Assembly: GCA_035636595.1 (NCBI GenBank)
Contig: DASPYU010000017.1
Coordinates: 64,040 to 128,039, forward strand
Source: Thermoplasmata archaeon
GTDB taxonomy: Archaea; Thermoplasmatota; Thermoplasmata; RBG-16-68-12
Direction: 5' to 3'
DNA: 64,000 nt
The notes under the pieces: generated by a model
The model's input: the letters and a program-made list of their open reading frames with translations, nothing else
Database searches by the model: none
What the model was told of the DNA's origin: nothing
Translations under genes and position numbers: made by a program
Part shown: positions 35,279 to 45,610 of the stretch, in pieces
Layout of the letters: every line of letters begins with the position of its first letter
Numbering within the stretch: position 1 is the stretch's first letter

Positions 35279-36289
35279 ATGGCATCCAAGGACTCAGCGC
35301 AGCCTTCGACGCCGCGCGCCGACCCGCTGAAGGAGTTCCTTCGGAGTTTCTTTCGAGTCCTTCGGGCCAACCCGCTCACCCTGATCGGATTCGTGCTCGT
35401 CGTGATTATTTCTGTCACGGCCCTACTTGTGGTGGCGGTCCCCGCGGTGACGTCCCTCGTCCTGGGCCATCCCGTCCTCTTCACGCCGTATGATCCGAAC
35501 GGCCTCTCGACCGATTACGGCCAGCCGCCGTCGGGATCGCATCTCCTCGGGACCGACAATCTCGGACGCGACATGCTGTCCCGCATCCTCGCCGCGCTCC
35601 CCCTCGATTTGGCGATCGGGTTCGGGATCACGGGATTCGCCCTCCTGGTCGGATGTGGCCTCGGGCTCGTCGCGGGCTACTGGGACAAGCCGCGGACCCT
35701 CGGCGGGATCGTGAGCGTGATCATCCTCCGGGTCACCGACATCTTCCTCGCGTTCCCGTCGCTCGTCCTCGCGCTCGCGATCGCGGCCTCCCTCGGGCGG
35801 GGGACGGGCCCTTCGATGCTCGCGGTCCTCCTGACGTGGTGGCCGTATTACGTCCGCCTGACCCGGGGGGAAGTCCTCGCGATTAAGCACCAGCCGTACG
35901 TCGTCGCGGCGCGCGCCGCCGGCACGTCGGAGACTCGCATCCTCTTCCGGCACGTGCTCCGCAACCTCATCGAGCCGCTCCTCGTGTACTACACCTTGGA
36001 CATCGGCACGGTGATCGTGACGTTCTCGACGATCTCCTTCGTCGGCATCGGCGTGCCCCTGGACGTGCCGGAGTGGGGGACGATGGTGGAATCCTATGAG
36101 CGATTCCTGCTCACGCTCCCGTGGACCGTCCTCTCCGCGGGCGCCGCGATCTTCGTGACCGTCCTCGCCTTCAGCTTGTTCGGGGACGGCCTGCGCGACA
36201 TCCTCGATCCCCGGAGCCGCCGCGCCCTCGTGTCAGCGGCCCTTCCCACCACCCTGGCGGCGAAGGCCGCCGTCGCGACGGAAGCGTGA
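35279..36289 (+). CDS. oppC: oligopeptide/dipeptide ABC transporter permease (OppC/DppC-like)
   Basis: Permease fold with the conserved signature ARAAGTSETRILFRHVLRN (typical OppC EAA loop). Confidence 0.8.
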   Translation: MASKDSAQPSTPRADPLKEFLRSFFRVLRANPLTLIGFVLVVIISVTALLVVAVPAVTSLVLGHPVLFTPYDPNGLSTDYGQPPSGSHLLGTDNLGRDMLSRILAALPLDLAIGFGITGFALLVGCGLGLVAGYWDKPRTLGGIVSVIILRVTDIFLAFPSLVLALAIAASLGRGTGPSMLAVLLTWWPYYVRLTRGEVLAIKHQPYVVAARAAGTSETRILFRHVLRNLIEPLLVYYTLDIGTVIVTFSTISFVGIGVPLDVPEWGTMVESYERFLLTLPWTVLSAGAAIFVTVLAFSLFGDGLRDILDPRSRRALVSAALPTTLAAKAAVATEA

Positions 36290-36293
36290 GGGC

Positions 36294-37430
36294 ATGGCCG
36301 AGCCGCTGCTCGACGTCCAGGGCCTCTCCATCGACTACGAGGCGGGCGCGGGGCGATTCCACGCGCTCACGGATGTGTCCCTCCAGCTGAACCCGGGTCG
36401 CGTCGTCGGGATCGTCGGCGAGACGGGATCCGGGAAGAGCACGCTGGCCCACGCGATCCCCCGTCTGCTCCCGGAGCCGCCGGCGCGAATCCGATCCGGC
36501 CGGATCGTCTTCCGCGGCCTGGACATCCTGCAACTCCCGAAGTGGAAACTCCCGCACCTCCGGGGGACCGGGATCGGGATGATCTTCCAGGAGCCGATCA
36601 ACTCCCTGAATCCGGCGTACCGGATCTTCGACCAGGTCGCCGAGGCGGTCACGGTCCGGAAGATGCGCGAGTCCGGCGAGGCACCCGCGTTGTTCCCGGT
36701 CACCGAGCCGCACGACTACTCGCGCGGTGCGCCGCCGGTGACGACCGGGGACGCGCTCCTCCACGCGGTCGTGCCGTCGCTCCCGCGGCGGTTGCGGTCC
36801 GCGTCGAGACAGGCGCTCATGAAGGAGGTCCTCGACTATCTCAACCTGGTGCGGATCAACGATCCGGAGACGATCCTCGATCTGTATCCGCACGAACTGT
36901 CCGGCGGCATGCGCCAGCGGATCATGATCGCCATGGCCCTGAGCGCGAAGCCGTCCCTCCTGATCGCCGACGAACCCACCAGTGCCCTGGACATCACGAT
37001 CCAGGCGCAGGTCCTCACGCTGATGAAGGAACTCATGGACGAGGTGCGCACCTCGATCCTGTTCATCAGCCACGACCTCGGCGTCATCGCGGAAATGGCC
37101 GATGACGTCGGCGTGCTCTACGCGGGCCACCTCGTGGAATTCGGGCCGGTCGAGGAGGTGTATGCGAACCCGCGACACCCGTACACGAAGTTGCTGATGC
37201 GTGCGATTCCGAACAGCCACAAAAGCGCCGGTCCGCTCCCGGCCTTGGCCGGCTCGGTGCCAAGCCTCGCGCGCGTCCCACCCGGCTGTCCGTTCCATCC
37301 CCGGTGTCCCCTGGCGAAGAACGTGTGCTCGTCGGATCCGGGCCCGGTCCTCGAGGCCGCGCCGGGCGCCTCGGTCCGTCGGCATCTGGCCGCATGCTAC
37401 TTCAGCGAGGAGGTCCCGAAGATGCCATGA
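36294..37430 (+). CDS. oppD: oligopeptide ABC transporter ATP-binding protein (OppD-like)
   Basis: Walker A GETGSGKST, signature LSGGMRQR, and the oligo-HPY C-terminal motif ANPRHPYTKLL with CxxC. Confidence 0.85.
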   Translation: MAEPLLDVQGLSIDYEAGAGRFHALTDVSLQLNPGRVVGIVGETGSGKSTLAHAIPRLLPEPPARIRSGRIVFRGLDILQLPKWKLPHLRGTGIGMIFQEPINSLNPAYRIFDQVAEAVTVRKMRESGEAPALFPVTEPHDYSRGAPPVTTGDALLHAVVPSLPRRLRSASRQALMKEVLDYLNLVRINDPETILDLYPHELSGGMRQRIMIAMALSAKPSLLIADEPTSALDITIQAQVLTLMKELMDEVRTSILFISHDLGVIAEMADDVGVLYAGHLVEFGPVEEVYANPRHPYTKLLMRAIPNSHKSAGPLPALAGSVPSLARVPPGCPFHPRCPLAKNVCSSDPGPVLEAAPGASVRRHLAACYFSEEVPKMP

Positions 37431-38491
37431 CGGCCCCTCTCATCGAGGCCGACCACCTGGTGAAACAGTTCCCGCTCTCGCGGTCCCTCGCGGGGGTCCT
37501 CCTCGGCGAGCCGGAAGAGTTCGTGCACGCCGTGGACGATGTCTCCCTTGAGATCCATCCCGGCGAGACGCTCGGGCTCATCGGCGAATCGGGGTCCGGG
37601 AAGACGACGCTCGGCTGGCTCTTGGCGAAGTTGCTCGACGCGACGGGCGGGCGCATTCGATTCGAGGGGTGGGACATCACGGGCCTCTCCGGGCGCGATC
37701 TCCTCGCGTGGCGGCGCAACGTCCAGGTCGTGTTTCAGGACCCGGTCGGATCCCTCGATCCCCGCTTCCGCGTCTGGCAGGTCGTCGGCGAGCCGATCCT
37801 CGCCCAGGAGGACGTGTCCCGCCCCGAGCTGAAGGCCCGCGTCGCCGAGCTCCTGCCGCTCGTAGGGCTCCCCGCCGGTGTCCTGGACCAATATCCGCAT
37901 GAGTTTTCGGGCGGCGGCCGGCAGCGCCTCTCCCTAGCCCGCGCCCTCAGCGTGCGGCCGAAACTCCTGATCCTCGACGAGCCGACGAGCGCCTTGGATG
38001 TCGCCGTGCAGGCGCAGGTGCTGAACCGCCTGGTGGAATTGCAGCGGCAACTCGGCCTTTCGTATCTTCTGATCACGCACAACGTGGCGGCGGTGCGGTA
38101 CGTCGCGGACCGTGTGGCGGTGATGTACCTGGGACGCATCGTCGAGGTGGGCCCGGTCGAGGACATCATGGAGCGCCCGATCCATCCGTACACGAAAGCG
38201 CTCCTCGCCGCGCTTCCGGTCCCGGACCCGCGCCGACGCCGCGCGCGGTACCGCATCGGCGGAGAAGTCCCGACCCTCGTCCACCCGCCGCCCGGGTGCC
38301 GCTTCGCCCCGCGCTGCCCGTTCGTCATCGACCGCTGCATCGCAGAGGACCCGCCGCTGCGGCCGATCCCGGGCCGACCGGGTCGATTGGCGGCCTGTCA
38401 CCGCGCGGAGGAAGTCGGCGACGTGCCGCCGGAGCAACTGCTCGTCAGCCCCGAGACGCCGTCAGGCGCGGAATCGACGAGCGTCGGTTGA
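37427..38491 (+). CDS. oppF: oligopeptide ABC transporter ATP-binding protein (OppF-like)
   Basis: The start ATG overlaps the oppD stop (ATGA). Walker A GESGSGKTT, signature FSGGGRQR, and a HPYTKALL C-terminal domain are present. Confidence 0.85.
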   Translation: MTAPLIEADHLVKQFPLSRSLAGVLLGEPEEFVHAVDDVSLEIHPGETLGLIGESGSGKTTLGWLLAKLLDATGGRIRFEGWDITGLSGRDLLAWRRNVQVVFQDPVGSLDPRFRVWQVVGEPILAQEDVSRPELKARVAELLPLVGLPAGVLDQYPHEFSGGGRQRLSLARALSVRPKLLILDEPTSALDVAVQAQVLNRLVELQRQLGLSYLLITHNVAAVRYVADRVAVMYLGRIVEVGPVEDIMERPIHPYTKALLAALPVPDPRRRRARYRIGGEVPTLVHPPPGCRFAPRCPFVIDRCIAEDPPLRPIPGRPGRLAACHRAEEVGDVPPEQLLVSPETPSGAESTSVG

Positions 38492-38497
38492 TTCGAT

Positions 38498-40450
38498 TCA
38501 GCCGCCGCGCCTCGCGTAGGCCGTGTTCTGCGTCACGACGAACGGGATCGCCGCGCCCATCGGGTTGGCGACGAAGCCCAGGAGGTGCGTGTTCACGACC
38601 TGGAACTGCGTCGGCACGACGAGCCACGCGACGGTCGCGTTGTCGTACATCGTCCGCGTGATCGTGGCGTACTCGCTCCGCGCTGTGTTCGAATCGGTCT
38701 GGGTCGCGGCGTCGAGGACGAGCGTGTCGATGTTCGGATCGTTGTATCCGGCCATGCACGCGTTCGCGCTGCCGTAGCTGATCGCGTTGTTCTGCGTCCA
38801 GTCGTCCGGCGAGATGTAATCGGACGTGTAGAACTCCTGGCCGATCGGGAAGGGCCCGCCGTTCGCGGTGGTCTGGGCGATGCAGTTCCCGTTCGCGTCG
38901 GTCGCCTGGAGCTCGTACAGCTTGTCGATGTTCGCGATCCCGACGGGATTGATATGGATCCCGATCTGCGCCAGGTCGTCCTTCAGCAGATTCGCGACGT
39001 CGGCCCAATCGCCCAGGTTGACGTACTCGTAGTTGATGGTGGGCGAATAGCCTCCTCCCGAGGCATACGGCCACGGCGATTGATCCATGTACTGGCGCGC
39101 GAGCGTCACGTTGTACTCGTACGGCGATAGGCTATCCGGGTTGTAGTACGGATATCCCGGCGGCACGGGTCCGACCCACCGCTCCGCGTTGCCACCGAAC
39201 GCGACGTCGATGATTCGTTGGTAGTTGATCGCATGGACGACGGCCATGCGTACGGACCAGTTCGTGAACGGGTCGCTGGCCTGATTCATGTAGATCCACC
39301 AGCCGCCTGCCGTCGAGCCATACACCGTGTCGAGCGCGTTCACGGAGACGCAAGCGACGCCTCGCAAGGTGTTCACGGTCGACGGACCGATGTACGCGAA
39401 CGACGACGCGACGACCTTCCCGGTCTTCATGTCGTTGACCGCGATCGCCGGATCGCCCTGGAAGTCCACCTGGATCGAGGATTGCGCGGGCTGGATGATG
39501 TTGTTCCACGGTTCCGCGGTCGCATCGGCGCGGCCCCAATAGTTCGGGTCCGGGTTGATGGTGTAGCTGGGCGCGCTCGGATCGAGGAAGCCGCCGCTGA
39601 GCACGTGGGGCCCGGTCCCGAGCATGTGGGTCGACATCCACGTGTTCGAATTGTCCGCCTCGACGCCGCCGTTCGCCTGGATCACGGCCGGGTCCACGGC
39701 GCTCGCGATCGGCCCCGCGATCGAAGCGAGGAGGAACGCGTACGGGAACGTGCCGAGGTATCCGGCGCCCGTTTTCAGGACGAGCGTGAAGTTGTCGAGG
39801 GCCTGGAAGGAGTTGTTGTCCGCCGCCATGATCGCCCGCTGGGCCGCGGTCGGGTTGAAGAAGTCCCACGTGTTGAGCGCATTGGTCACCCAGGCCGACG
39901 CGTTCGCGCTGTCGTTCGCGTCCGAGTAATAGTTGACGCCGGGGTACCAGAAATTCTCCTGAAGGATGAAGCTCCCCGCTTGGTTCATGACAATCGCGCG
40001 GTTGAGACTGAACCACATGACGTACGCGTTGAACGCGTCCCCGTTCGAGAAGTGGACATCTTGCCGGAGCACGAACGTGAAGTTGAAGCCGTCCGAGGAG
40101 ACGGTCCAACTCTTCGCGAGCACCGGGACGAATGTCGTGTACGAACTCTGGTTGTAATTTACGAGACTCTGATAGATCTGCTGGACAATGCCCCATCCGG
40201 GCGTCGAGAACGTGACATGCGGGTCGAGCGTGTCCGGCCGTTCCGGCTGGTCGAAGATCAGCGGATTCGTCGAGGTGAAGTTGCATGCCGAGCTCTGCAG
40301 GAAGAAGACGTAGTAGGCGGTCGCGGCCGACACCGCCAAGATCAGCACGACGAGGATCACGATGATTCGGATCGTCCGCGGATTCCGGCGACCCCCCTGC
40401 ATCGGTGACGGAGACGGCGCACTACCCGGTTGGTCCTGAGAGGGCTCCAC
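38498..40450 (-). CDS. ABC transporter extracellular substrate-binding protein, family 5 (OppA-like)
   Basis: 650 aa with an N-terminal TM/signal anchor, many N-x-S/T sequons, and SBP_bac_5-like organisation. Convergent to oppBCDF. Confidence 0.7.
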   Translation of the reverse strand: MEPSQDQPGSAPSPSPMQGGRRNPRTIRIIVILVVLILAVSAATAYYVFFLQSSACNFTSTNPLIFDQPERPDTLDPHVTFSTPGWGIVQQIYQSLVNYNQSSYTTFVPVLAKSWTVSSDGFNFTFVLRQDVHFSNGDAFNAYVMWFSLNRAIVMNQAGSFILQENFWYPGVNYYSDANDSANASAWVTNALNTWDFFNPTAAQRAIMAADNNSFQALDNFTLVLKTGAGYLGTFPYAFLLASIAGPIASAVDPAVIQANGGVEADNSNTWMSTHMLGTGPHVLSGGFLDPSAPSYTINPDPNYWGRADATAEPWNNIIQPAQSSIQVDFQGDPAIAVNDMKTGKVVASSFAYIGPSTVNTLRGVACVSVNALDTVYGSTAGGWWIYMNQASDPFTNWSVRMAVVHAINYQRIIDVAFGGNAERWVGPVPPGYPYYNPDSLSPYEYNVTLARQYMDQSPWPYASGGGYSPTINYEYVNLGDWADVANLLKDDLAQIGIHINPVGIANIDKLYELQATDANGNCIAQTTANGGPFPIGQEFYTSDYISPDDWTQNNAISYGSANACMAGYNDPNIDTLVLDAATQTDSNTARSEYATITRTMYDNATVAWLVVPTQFQVVNTHLLGFVANPMGAAIPFVVTQNTAYARRGG

Positions 40451-40546
40451 GTTCCTCCTCCGGCGCGCGGAAGGGTGGTATCGGATATAACGCTTGGCAC
40501 GCGGGCGTCACGCGATATCCGAGTGATCCCGCTCGAATGAACCGTC

Positions 40547-42688
40547 CTAGATGAGGAGCGGAGCGATCACCAGGGTAATCGTCGAGAGCAACTTGACGAG
40601 GATGTGCAGCGACGGTCCCGCGGTGTCCTTGAACGGATCGCCGACCGTGTCGCCGACGACGGCGGCCTTGTGCGTCGAGCTGCCTTTGCCTCCGAGGTTC
40701 CCCGCTTCGATGAACTTCTTCGCGTTGTCCCACGCGCCTCCGCCGGTGTTCAGCGTGAGGGCCATCAGGATGCCCGCGATCGTCCCGACCATGAGCGTTC
40801 CGCCGAGCGGCTCGCCCGCGGGGATCGGGCTTCCCGCGATGTACGTGATCTTGACGAACCGGAAGACGAGGCCGACGGCGACCGGCGTGGCGACCGCGAG
40901 GACGCCGGGGACGATCATCTCCCTGAGCGCGCTGCGCGTGCAGATGTCCACCGTACGGCCGTAGTCCGGCTTCGAGGTCCCGGCCATGATGCCCGGGTTC
41001 TCGTGGAACTGGTCGCGGACGTCCTTGATGATCGACCATGCGGCCCGGCCGACCGCGCGGATCGCGTAGGCGGTGAAGAGGAACACGAGCGCTGCGCCCA
41101 TGAATGCGCCGACGAACGTCTCCGGGTGCGCGAGGTCCACGGAGGCCACGCGGGCTTCCGTGAGGAATGCGTTGAAGAGCAGAAACGCCGCGAGCGCCGC
41201 GCTGCCGACCGCGTAACCTTTCGTCAGGGCCTTCGTCGTATTCCCGGCGGCGTCGAGCTTGTCCATGTTCTTCCGGGCGCTCTCCGACATTCCGGACATC
41301 TCGATGATCCCCGCGCCGTTGTCGACGATCGGACCGAACGTATCCATGGCGAGGATGTAGGCGGCGGTCGCGAGCATCCCCATCGTCGCAATGGCCGTCC
41401 CGTAGACGCCCCCGCGGGGGATTCCCGTCGCCTCGCCGAGGGCGTACGAGACGAGGATCGCGATCGAGACGACGACCGCCGGGATCGCGGTCGCCTCCAA
41501 GCCGACGGCGAAGCCGGAGATGATGTTCGTCGCGGGGCCCGTCTCCGAGGCCTTCGCGATGTCCCGGACCGGCCGGTACCTTGCTTCCGTGTAGTACTGG
41601 GTGACCCAGACGTAGACGAATGCGGTGATCATCCCCGTGATTCCGCAGAGCCAGTAGAACGCCCAGGTCCACGCACCTGTCGACGTCGGCAAGGCGGGGT
41701 TCAGCATCGCCCACGCCGCGAACCCGAACAGGAGCGCAGCGAGAACGGTCGCGACGAGGTATCCGCGGTTCAGCGCGCCCATCGGCGACTCGTCCTCTCG
41801 GGCCTTGACGACGAAGACCCCGACGATGCTTGCGAACACCCCGAAGCCCCGCGCGACGAGCGGGAAGATGACGCCCGCCAGACCGAAGTACTGGAAGAGC
41901 GCGACGCCGAGGATCATCGCCCCGATGTTCTCCGCGGCGGTCGACTCGAAGAGGTCCGCGCCGCGGCCCGCGCAATCTCCGACGTTGTCGCCGACCAAAT
42001 CCGCCACGACCGCCGGATTGCGAGGATCGTCTTCCGGGATCCCGGCCTCGACTTTCCCGACGAGGTCCGCGCCGACGTCCGCGGCTTTCGTGTAGATGCC
42101 GCCCCCCAGCTGCGCGAAGAGGGCGACGAGGCTCGCGCCGAATCCGAAGCCGACGATGGAGAGGACGAGGGAATCCTGCGTCAGCCGATCGGGAGCGGCG
42201 AGGGCGCCGGAGAGGGAGCCGTATCCGTAGTAGAGGATGGCGACGCCGGCGAGGGAGAGGCTGACGATCGAGAGGCCGGACACCGCGCCGCCGCGAAGCG
42301 CGATGACGAGGGCGTCGTTGAAGGACGTCAGGGATCCGGCGGCGGACCGGACGTTCGAGCGTATCGCGATTTGCATGCCGATGTACCCGGAGAGCGCAGA
42401 GAACGTCGCACCGAGCGCGAACGCGCCCGCCGTCTCGAGTCCTGCGACGTATCCTCGTTGGAGACCGAGGGCGACCGCGAACACGATGGCCAGGGTCGTC
42501 GCGATGAAGGCGATCGTCTTGTATTGCCGTCGCAGGAACGCCCGCGCGCCTTGCTGAATCGCGACCGCGATCTCTTGCATCGCGCTCGAGCCGGTGTCTC
42601 GCCGCAGGATGTCGCGCGCAAGGACCGCCGAGAAACCGAGGCCCGCAAGGATCGCAATCGGGATGACGAGGGTCAGGTCAAGGGCCAC
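40547..42688 (-). CDS. hppA: membrane-bound proton-translocating pyrophosphatase (V-type H+-PPase)
   Basis: 713 aa with about 16 TM helices. Conserved motifs are GGG(I/A)YTKAADVGADLVGKVE and DNVGDNVGDCAGRGADLFES. Confidence 0.9.
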   Translation of the reverse strand: MALDLTLVIPIAILAGLGFSAVLARDILRRDTGSSAMQEIAVAIQQGARAFLRRQYKTIAFIATTLAIVFAVALGLQRGYVAGLETAGAFALGATFSALSGYIGMQIAIRSNVRSAAGSLTSFNDALVIALRGGAVSGLSIVSLSLAGVAILYYGYGSLSGALAAPDRLTQDSLVLSIVGFGFGASLVALFAQLGGGIYTKAADVGADLVGKVEAGIPEDDPRNPAVVADLVGDNVGDCAGRGADLFESTAAENIGAMILGVALFQYFGLAGVIFPLVARGFGVFASIVGVFVVKAREDESPMGALNRGYLVATVLAALLFGFAAWAMLNPALPTSTGAWTWAFYWLCGITGMITAFVYVWVTQYYTEARYRPVRDIAKASETGPATNIISGFAVGLEATAIPAVVVSIAILVSYALGEATGIPRGGVYGTAIATMGMLATAAYILAMDTFGPIVDNGAGIIEMSGMSESARKNMDKLDAAGNTTKALTKGYAVGSAALAAFLLFNAFLTEARVASVDLAHPETFVGAFMGAALVFLFTAYAIRAVGRAAWSIIKDVRDQFHENPGIMAGTSKPDYGRTVDICTRSALREMIVPGVLAVATPVAVGLVFRFVKITYIAGSPIPAGEPLGGTLMVGTIAGILMALTLNTGGGAWDNAKKFIEAGNLGGKGSSTHKAAVVGDTVGDPFKDTAGPSLHILVKLLSTITLVIAPLLI

Positions 42689-42757
42689 GCGGCTCGGTCC
42701 TCCGGCGTTTTCGCGGCCGCAAACTCCTCATGGTATATAGGCTTTGATTGGTCCGCC

Positions 42758-43987
42758 TTACGCGCCGTACTTCTCCGATCGCCCTGCGAGGTCCATCAGC
42801 AGGTTCATCACATCGAGGCCACGCACGCGGCCGATGGCTCCGTGCGCGACGCTGCGCTCATCGAAAGCGTTGACGCCGTCGACGCGGACTCCTTCACCGA
42901 AGATCGTGAGCGGGACCGGATCGCCCGAGTGGTCTTTGATCGCGACGGGCGTCGAGTGATCCGCGGTCATGGCGACGACTACATCGGAGGGGAGTTTCGC
43001 CTTCAGGTGGCCCATCATGGCGTCAAGGCGCTCAATCACGCGGATCTTCTCCGAAGCCTTGCCGTCGTGGCCGCACAGGTCCGGCGCCTTGACGTGGAGG
43101 ACCACGAGGTCGTATGACTCCATGGCGCGGAGGGCGGCGTCCGCTTTCGCAATCATGTCCGTGTCGAGGCCTCCGGTCGCGCCCCGGACATCGAGGGGCT
43201 CGATGCCGACGGCGCGGAACATCCCGCGAATCAAGGCGACTCCCGCAATCCCCGCCGCCTTCAGGTGCAGCCGCTCGGTGATCGGCACGAGATCCGGGTA
43301 CACGCCAGCGCCGCGGAGCACCACCGCGTTTGCGGGCGCCTCGCCTTTCGCGATGCGGGCGCGGTTCACCGGATGGGTCTTGAGGACCTTGAACGCCTGC
43401 TTCGTGAACGCGTTCACGGCCTTCGCGGTGGGCTTCGCCGCGGACTCGAGCGGCTCCGCCTGACGGATCTCCTCGCCCTCCTGATGCGGGTCGGTGTCCG
43501 TGACTTTCGGTGAGAGGCCCCGGCCCCGCAGCACCAGCGCGGTCCGATGTTCCGTCCCCGCGCGAAACATCACTTTGACCCGGCCGATCTTCATGCCGTC
43601 GAGGGCCCTCGCGAGTTCCTCGGTCCCTTCGCGGATGCGACCTGCGCGCCGGTCGGTGAGACGCATGTCCTCGTCCACCGTCGCGAAGTTCCCGCGGAAT
43701 GCGATGTCTCCCGGCTCCAAATCGATGCCCACGCCCGCGGCCTCGAACGGCCCGCGGCCCGTGTACACCTCGTGCGGGTCGTATCCCAAGAGAGCGAGGT
43801 GGCTCGTGTCGCTCCCCGCGGGGATGCCCGGCGCGATCGGATCGACGAGCCCATTCACGCCGTTCGCCGCGAACCAGTCGAGGTTCGGCTTCGGCGTCGC
43901 CTCGAGGGGCGTCTTGTGCCCAAGCTCCGTGAGCGGGCGATCGCCGAGCCCGTCGAAAATCACGAAGAGAATCCTCCGCGCTTCCAT
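42758..43987 (-). CDS. apgM: 2,3-bisphosphoglycerate-independent phosphoglycerate mutase, archaeal type
   Basis: ILFVIFDGLGDRP...GSDTSHLALLGYDP...TADHSTP, with the archaeal iPGM metal-binding motifs. Confidence 0.85.
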   Translation of the reverse strand: MEARRILFVIFDGLGDRPLTELGHKTPLEATPKPNLDWFAANGVNGLVDPIAPGIPAGSDTSHLALLGYDPHEVYTGRGPFEAAGVGIDLEPGDIAFRGNFATVDEDMRLTDRRAGRIREGTEELARALDGMKIGRVKVMFRAGTEHRTALVLRGRGLSPKVTDTDPHQEGEEIRQAEPLESAAKPTAKAVNAFTKQAFKVLKTHPVNRARIAKGEAPANAVVLRGAGVYPDLVPITERLHLKAAGIAGVALIRGMFRAVGIEPLDVRGATGGLDTDMIAKADAALRAMESYDLVVLHVKAPDLCGHDGKASEKIRVIERLDAMMGHLKAKLPSDVVVAMTADHSTPVAIKDHSGDPVPLTIFGEGVRVDGVNAFDERSVAHGAIGRVRGLDVMNLLMDLAGRSEKYGA

Positions 43988-44099
43988 TCCATCGCGCGCA
44001 ACGGACCGTGTCTAGATATGCCTTTGGTGCGCGGTTTCCCGGAGGTTCTTCTCGGCCGTATGGGTCGGCTTCAATCGTTGGGAAGCCCCGGTCCCCGAA

Positions 44100-44759
44100 A
44101 TGTATTTCATTCGAGGACCCCTTCCATCGCGCGGAGGGATCTCCTCGTCCGGACCGGTCTTCTGTACCCGCTGCGGTTCGCAGAATCCTCCCGACCACCG
44201 CTTCTGTTGGTCGTGCGGAAACCCGCTAGCAACGCCTTTCGGCGGTGTGCCGCCGCCGGCCTATCCGATGCCTCCGCCGCAAGGAGTGTGGGCGCAACCG
44301 GGCCCCGCTCGGCCCGCGTCGAGCGAACGGACGTTGATCATCCTGGTCCTTGTCCTCGTGATTCTCATCGCACTGCCGGCCGTGGCCGTCTTTGTCTTCG
44401 TGGGCCCGTTGTTGCAGCAGGGCCCCACGAACAATGGGCCGCGAGCCATCGGCCTCATCGTCGGGCGCTCCTCCGACGGGACGAATTGGACGCTCACGCT
44501 GACGAGCGTGCCGTCGGGCTTGTCCACGTCCGTGACGCGGCTGACGCTCATCAGCCCGGGCGGCCAGACCGCTCTCGGTCCGACGGCATTCGCCGTCCTC
44601 AGTTATTCCGCGGACCGCGTGGCGTACTACCAAACGCAGCCGAGTAGCACGGTCGGCGTGGGCGATCGCCTTTTGATCAGCGCCGCAACGTATCCGACCG
44701 GCTACACCTACCAGATCTCGGACGGCACCTCGATTCTGGCCAGCGGCGCGCTGCAGTGA
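44100..44759 (+). CDS. membrane-anchored protein with N-terminal double zinc ribbon
   Basis: CTRCGSQNPPDHRFCWSCG, then a P-rich linker, one TM helix, and an extracytoplasmic S/T-rich domain. Confidence 0.4.
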   Translation: MYFIRGPLPSRGGISSSGPVFCTRCGSQNPPDHRFCWSCGNPLATPFGGVPPPAYPMPPPQGVWAQPGPARPASSERTLIILVLVLVILIALPAVAVFVFVGPLLQQGPTNNGPRAIGLIVGRSSDGTNWTLTLTSVPSGLSTSVTRLTLISPGGQTALGPTAFAVLSYSADRVAYYQTQPSSTVGVGDRLLISAATYPTGYTYQISDGTSILASGALQ

Positions 44760-44801
44760 GGATTGTGGAGTCCGCGGTCCGGGAGGGCCACGCCGTCCAT
44801 C

Positions 44802-45596
44802 CTACGATTTCGGCTTCACGACCGCGACCGGCATGCCCGGCGTCGCCTCGAGCTGGCCCGCGGCGCTCGTCTCCCGCTTCGAGATCTCGACGAACCCGCT
44901 CGAGGACAGCGTCGCGAGGAAGTCCCCGAGCGCCACGAGCGCGTACGCGCGGACGAACGGGACGGTCATTTCGTAGCCGCCTACTGTCACGTGCAGCCAA
45001 TCCCCGAACGACCACGCTTTCTCCGCGAGCCCGCGCGCGATGTTCGTCACGATGTTGCCGAAGCGGTCGTGGGTGATCACGACGCCCTCGAAGCCGCCCG
45101 TGCGTTTCTTCGGCTGCCCGAAGTCCAGGTCGACGAAGTCGCGGATCACCGGCCCGACGTCCTTCACCTTCGTGCCCGTCATCAGGTGCGCGGCGACCGG
45201 AGCGAAGAGGTCGCGCCCGTGGAATGTGTCCGAGAGCTCCGCGCGTCCGAGCTTGCGGTTCGTGATCTCGCGCACCTCCTTGAGGCCGAGGCGCCGCCCG
45301 GCGGGGATCAACAGCCCGTTGTCCGGGCCCACGAGGAGCGCGCCTTCGCACACGCACACGATGCCGCGGCGCTTCGTTCCGACGCCCGGATCCACGACGC
45401 CCACGTGCGCGGCAAACGGGTAGAAGGGCACTGCAGAATAGAGAACGTAGGCGCCGTGCCGGACGTCGTGGGGGCGCACGTTGTGGTCGAGGTCCACGAC
45501 CGTGAGGTCGGGGTCGACCGCGAGGATCGCGCCTTTCATCGCGCCGACGTATTCGCCGAGTCCGAAGTCCGTTGTCAGAGTGACGATGCCGCCCAT
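44802..45596 (-). CDS. SAM hydroxide adenosyltransferase (DUF62) family protein
   Basis: 264 aa. The TDFGL..YVGAMKGAIL...VDPGVGT motifs are characteristic of DUF62/SAM-hydrolase-like proteins. Confidence 0.7.
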   Translation of the reverse strand: MGGIVTLTTDFGLGEYVGAMKGAILAVDPDLTVVDLDHNVRPHDVRHGAYVLYSAVPFYPFAAHVGVVDPGVGTKRRGIVCVCEGALLVGPDNGLLIPAGRRLGLKEVREITNRKLGRAELSDTFHGRDLFAPVAAHLMTGTKVKDVGPVIRDFVDLDFGQPKKRTGGFEGVVITHDRFGNIVTNIARGLAEKAWSFGDWLHVTVGGYEMTVPFVRAYALVALGDFLATLSSSGFVEISKRETSAAGQLEATPGMPVAVVKPKS

Positions 45597-45610
45597 GCCT
45601 TCCCTCCTTG

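Noticed and set aside
40604-43117. 837-aa plus-strand ORF
   Set aside because: It is antisense to hppA and apgM, both strongly supported. It is R/D/E/G-rich junk.
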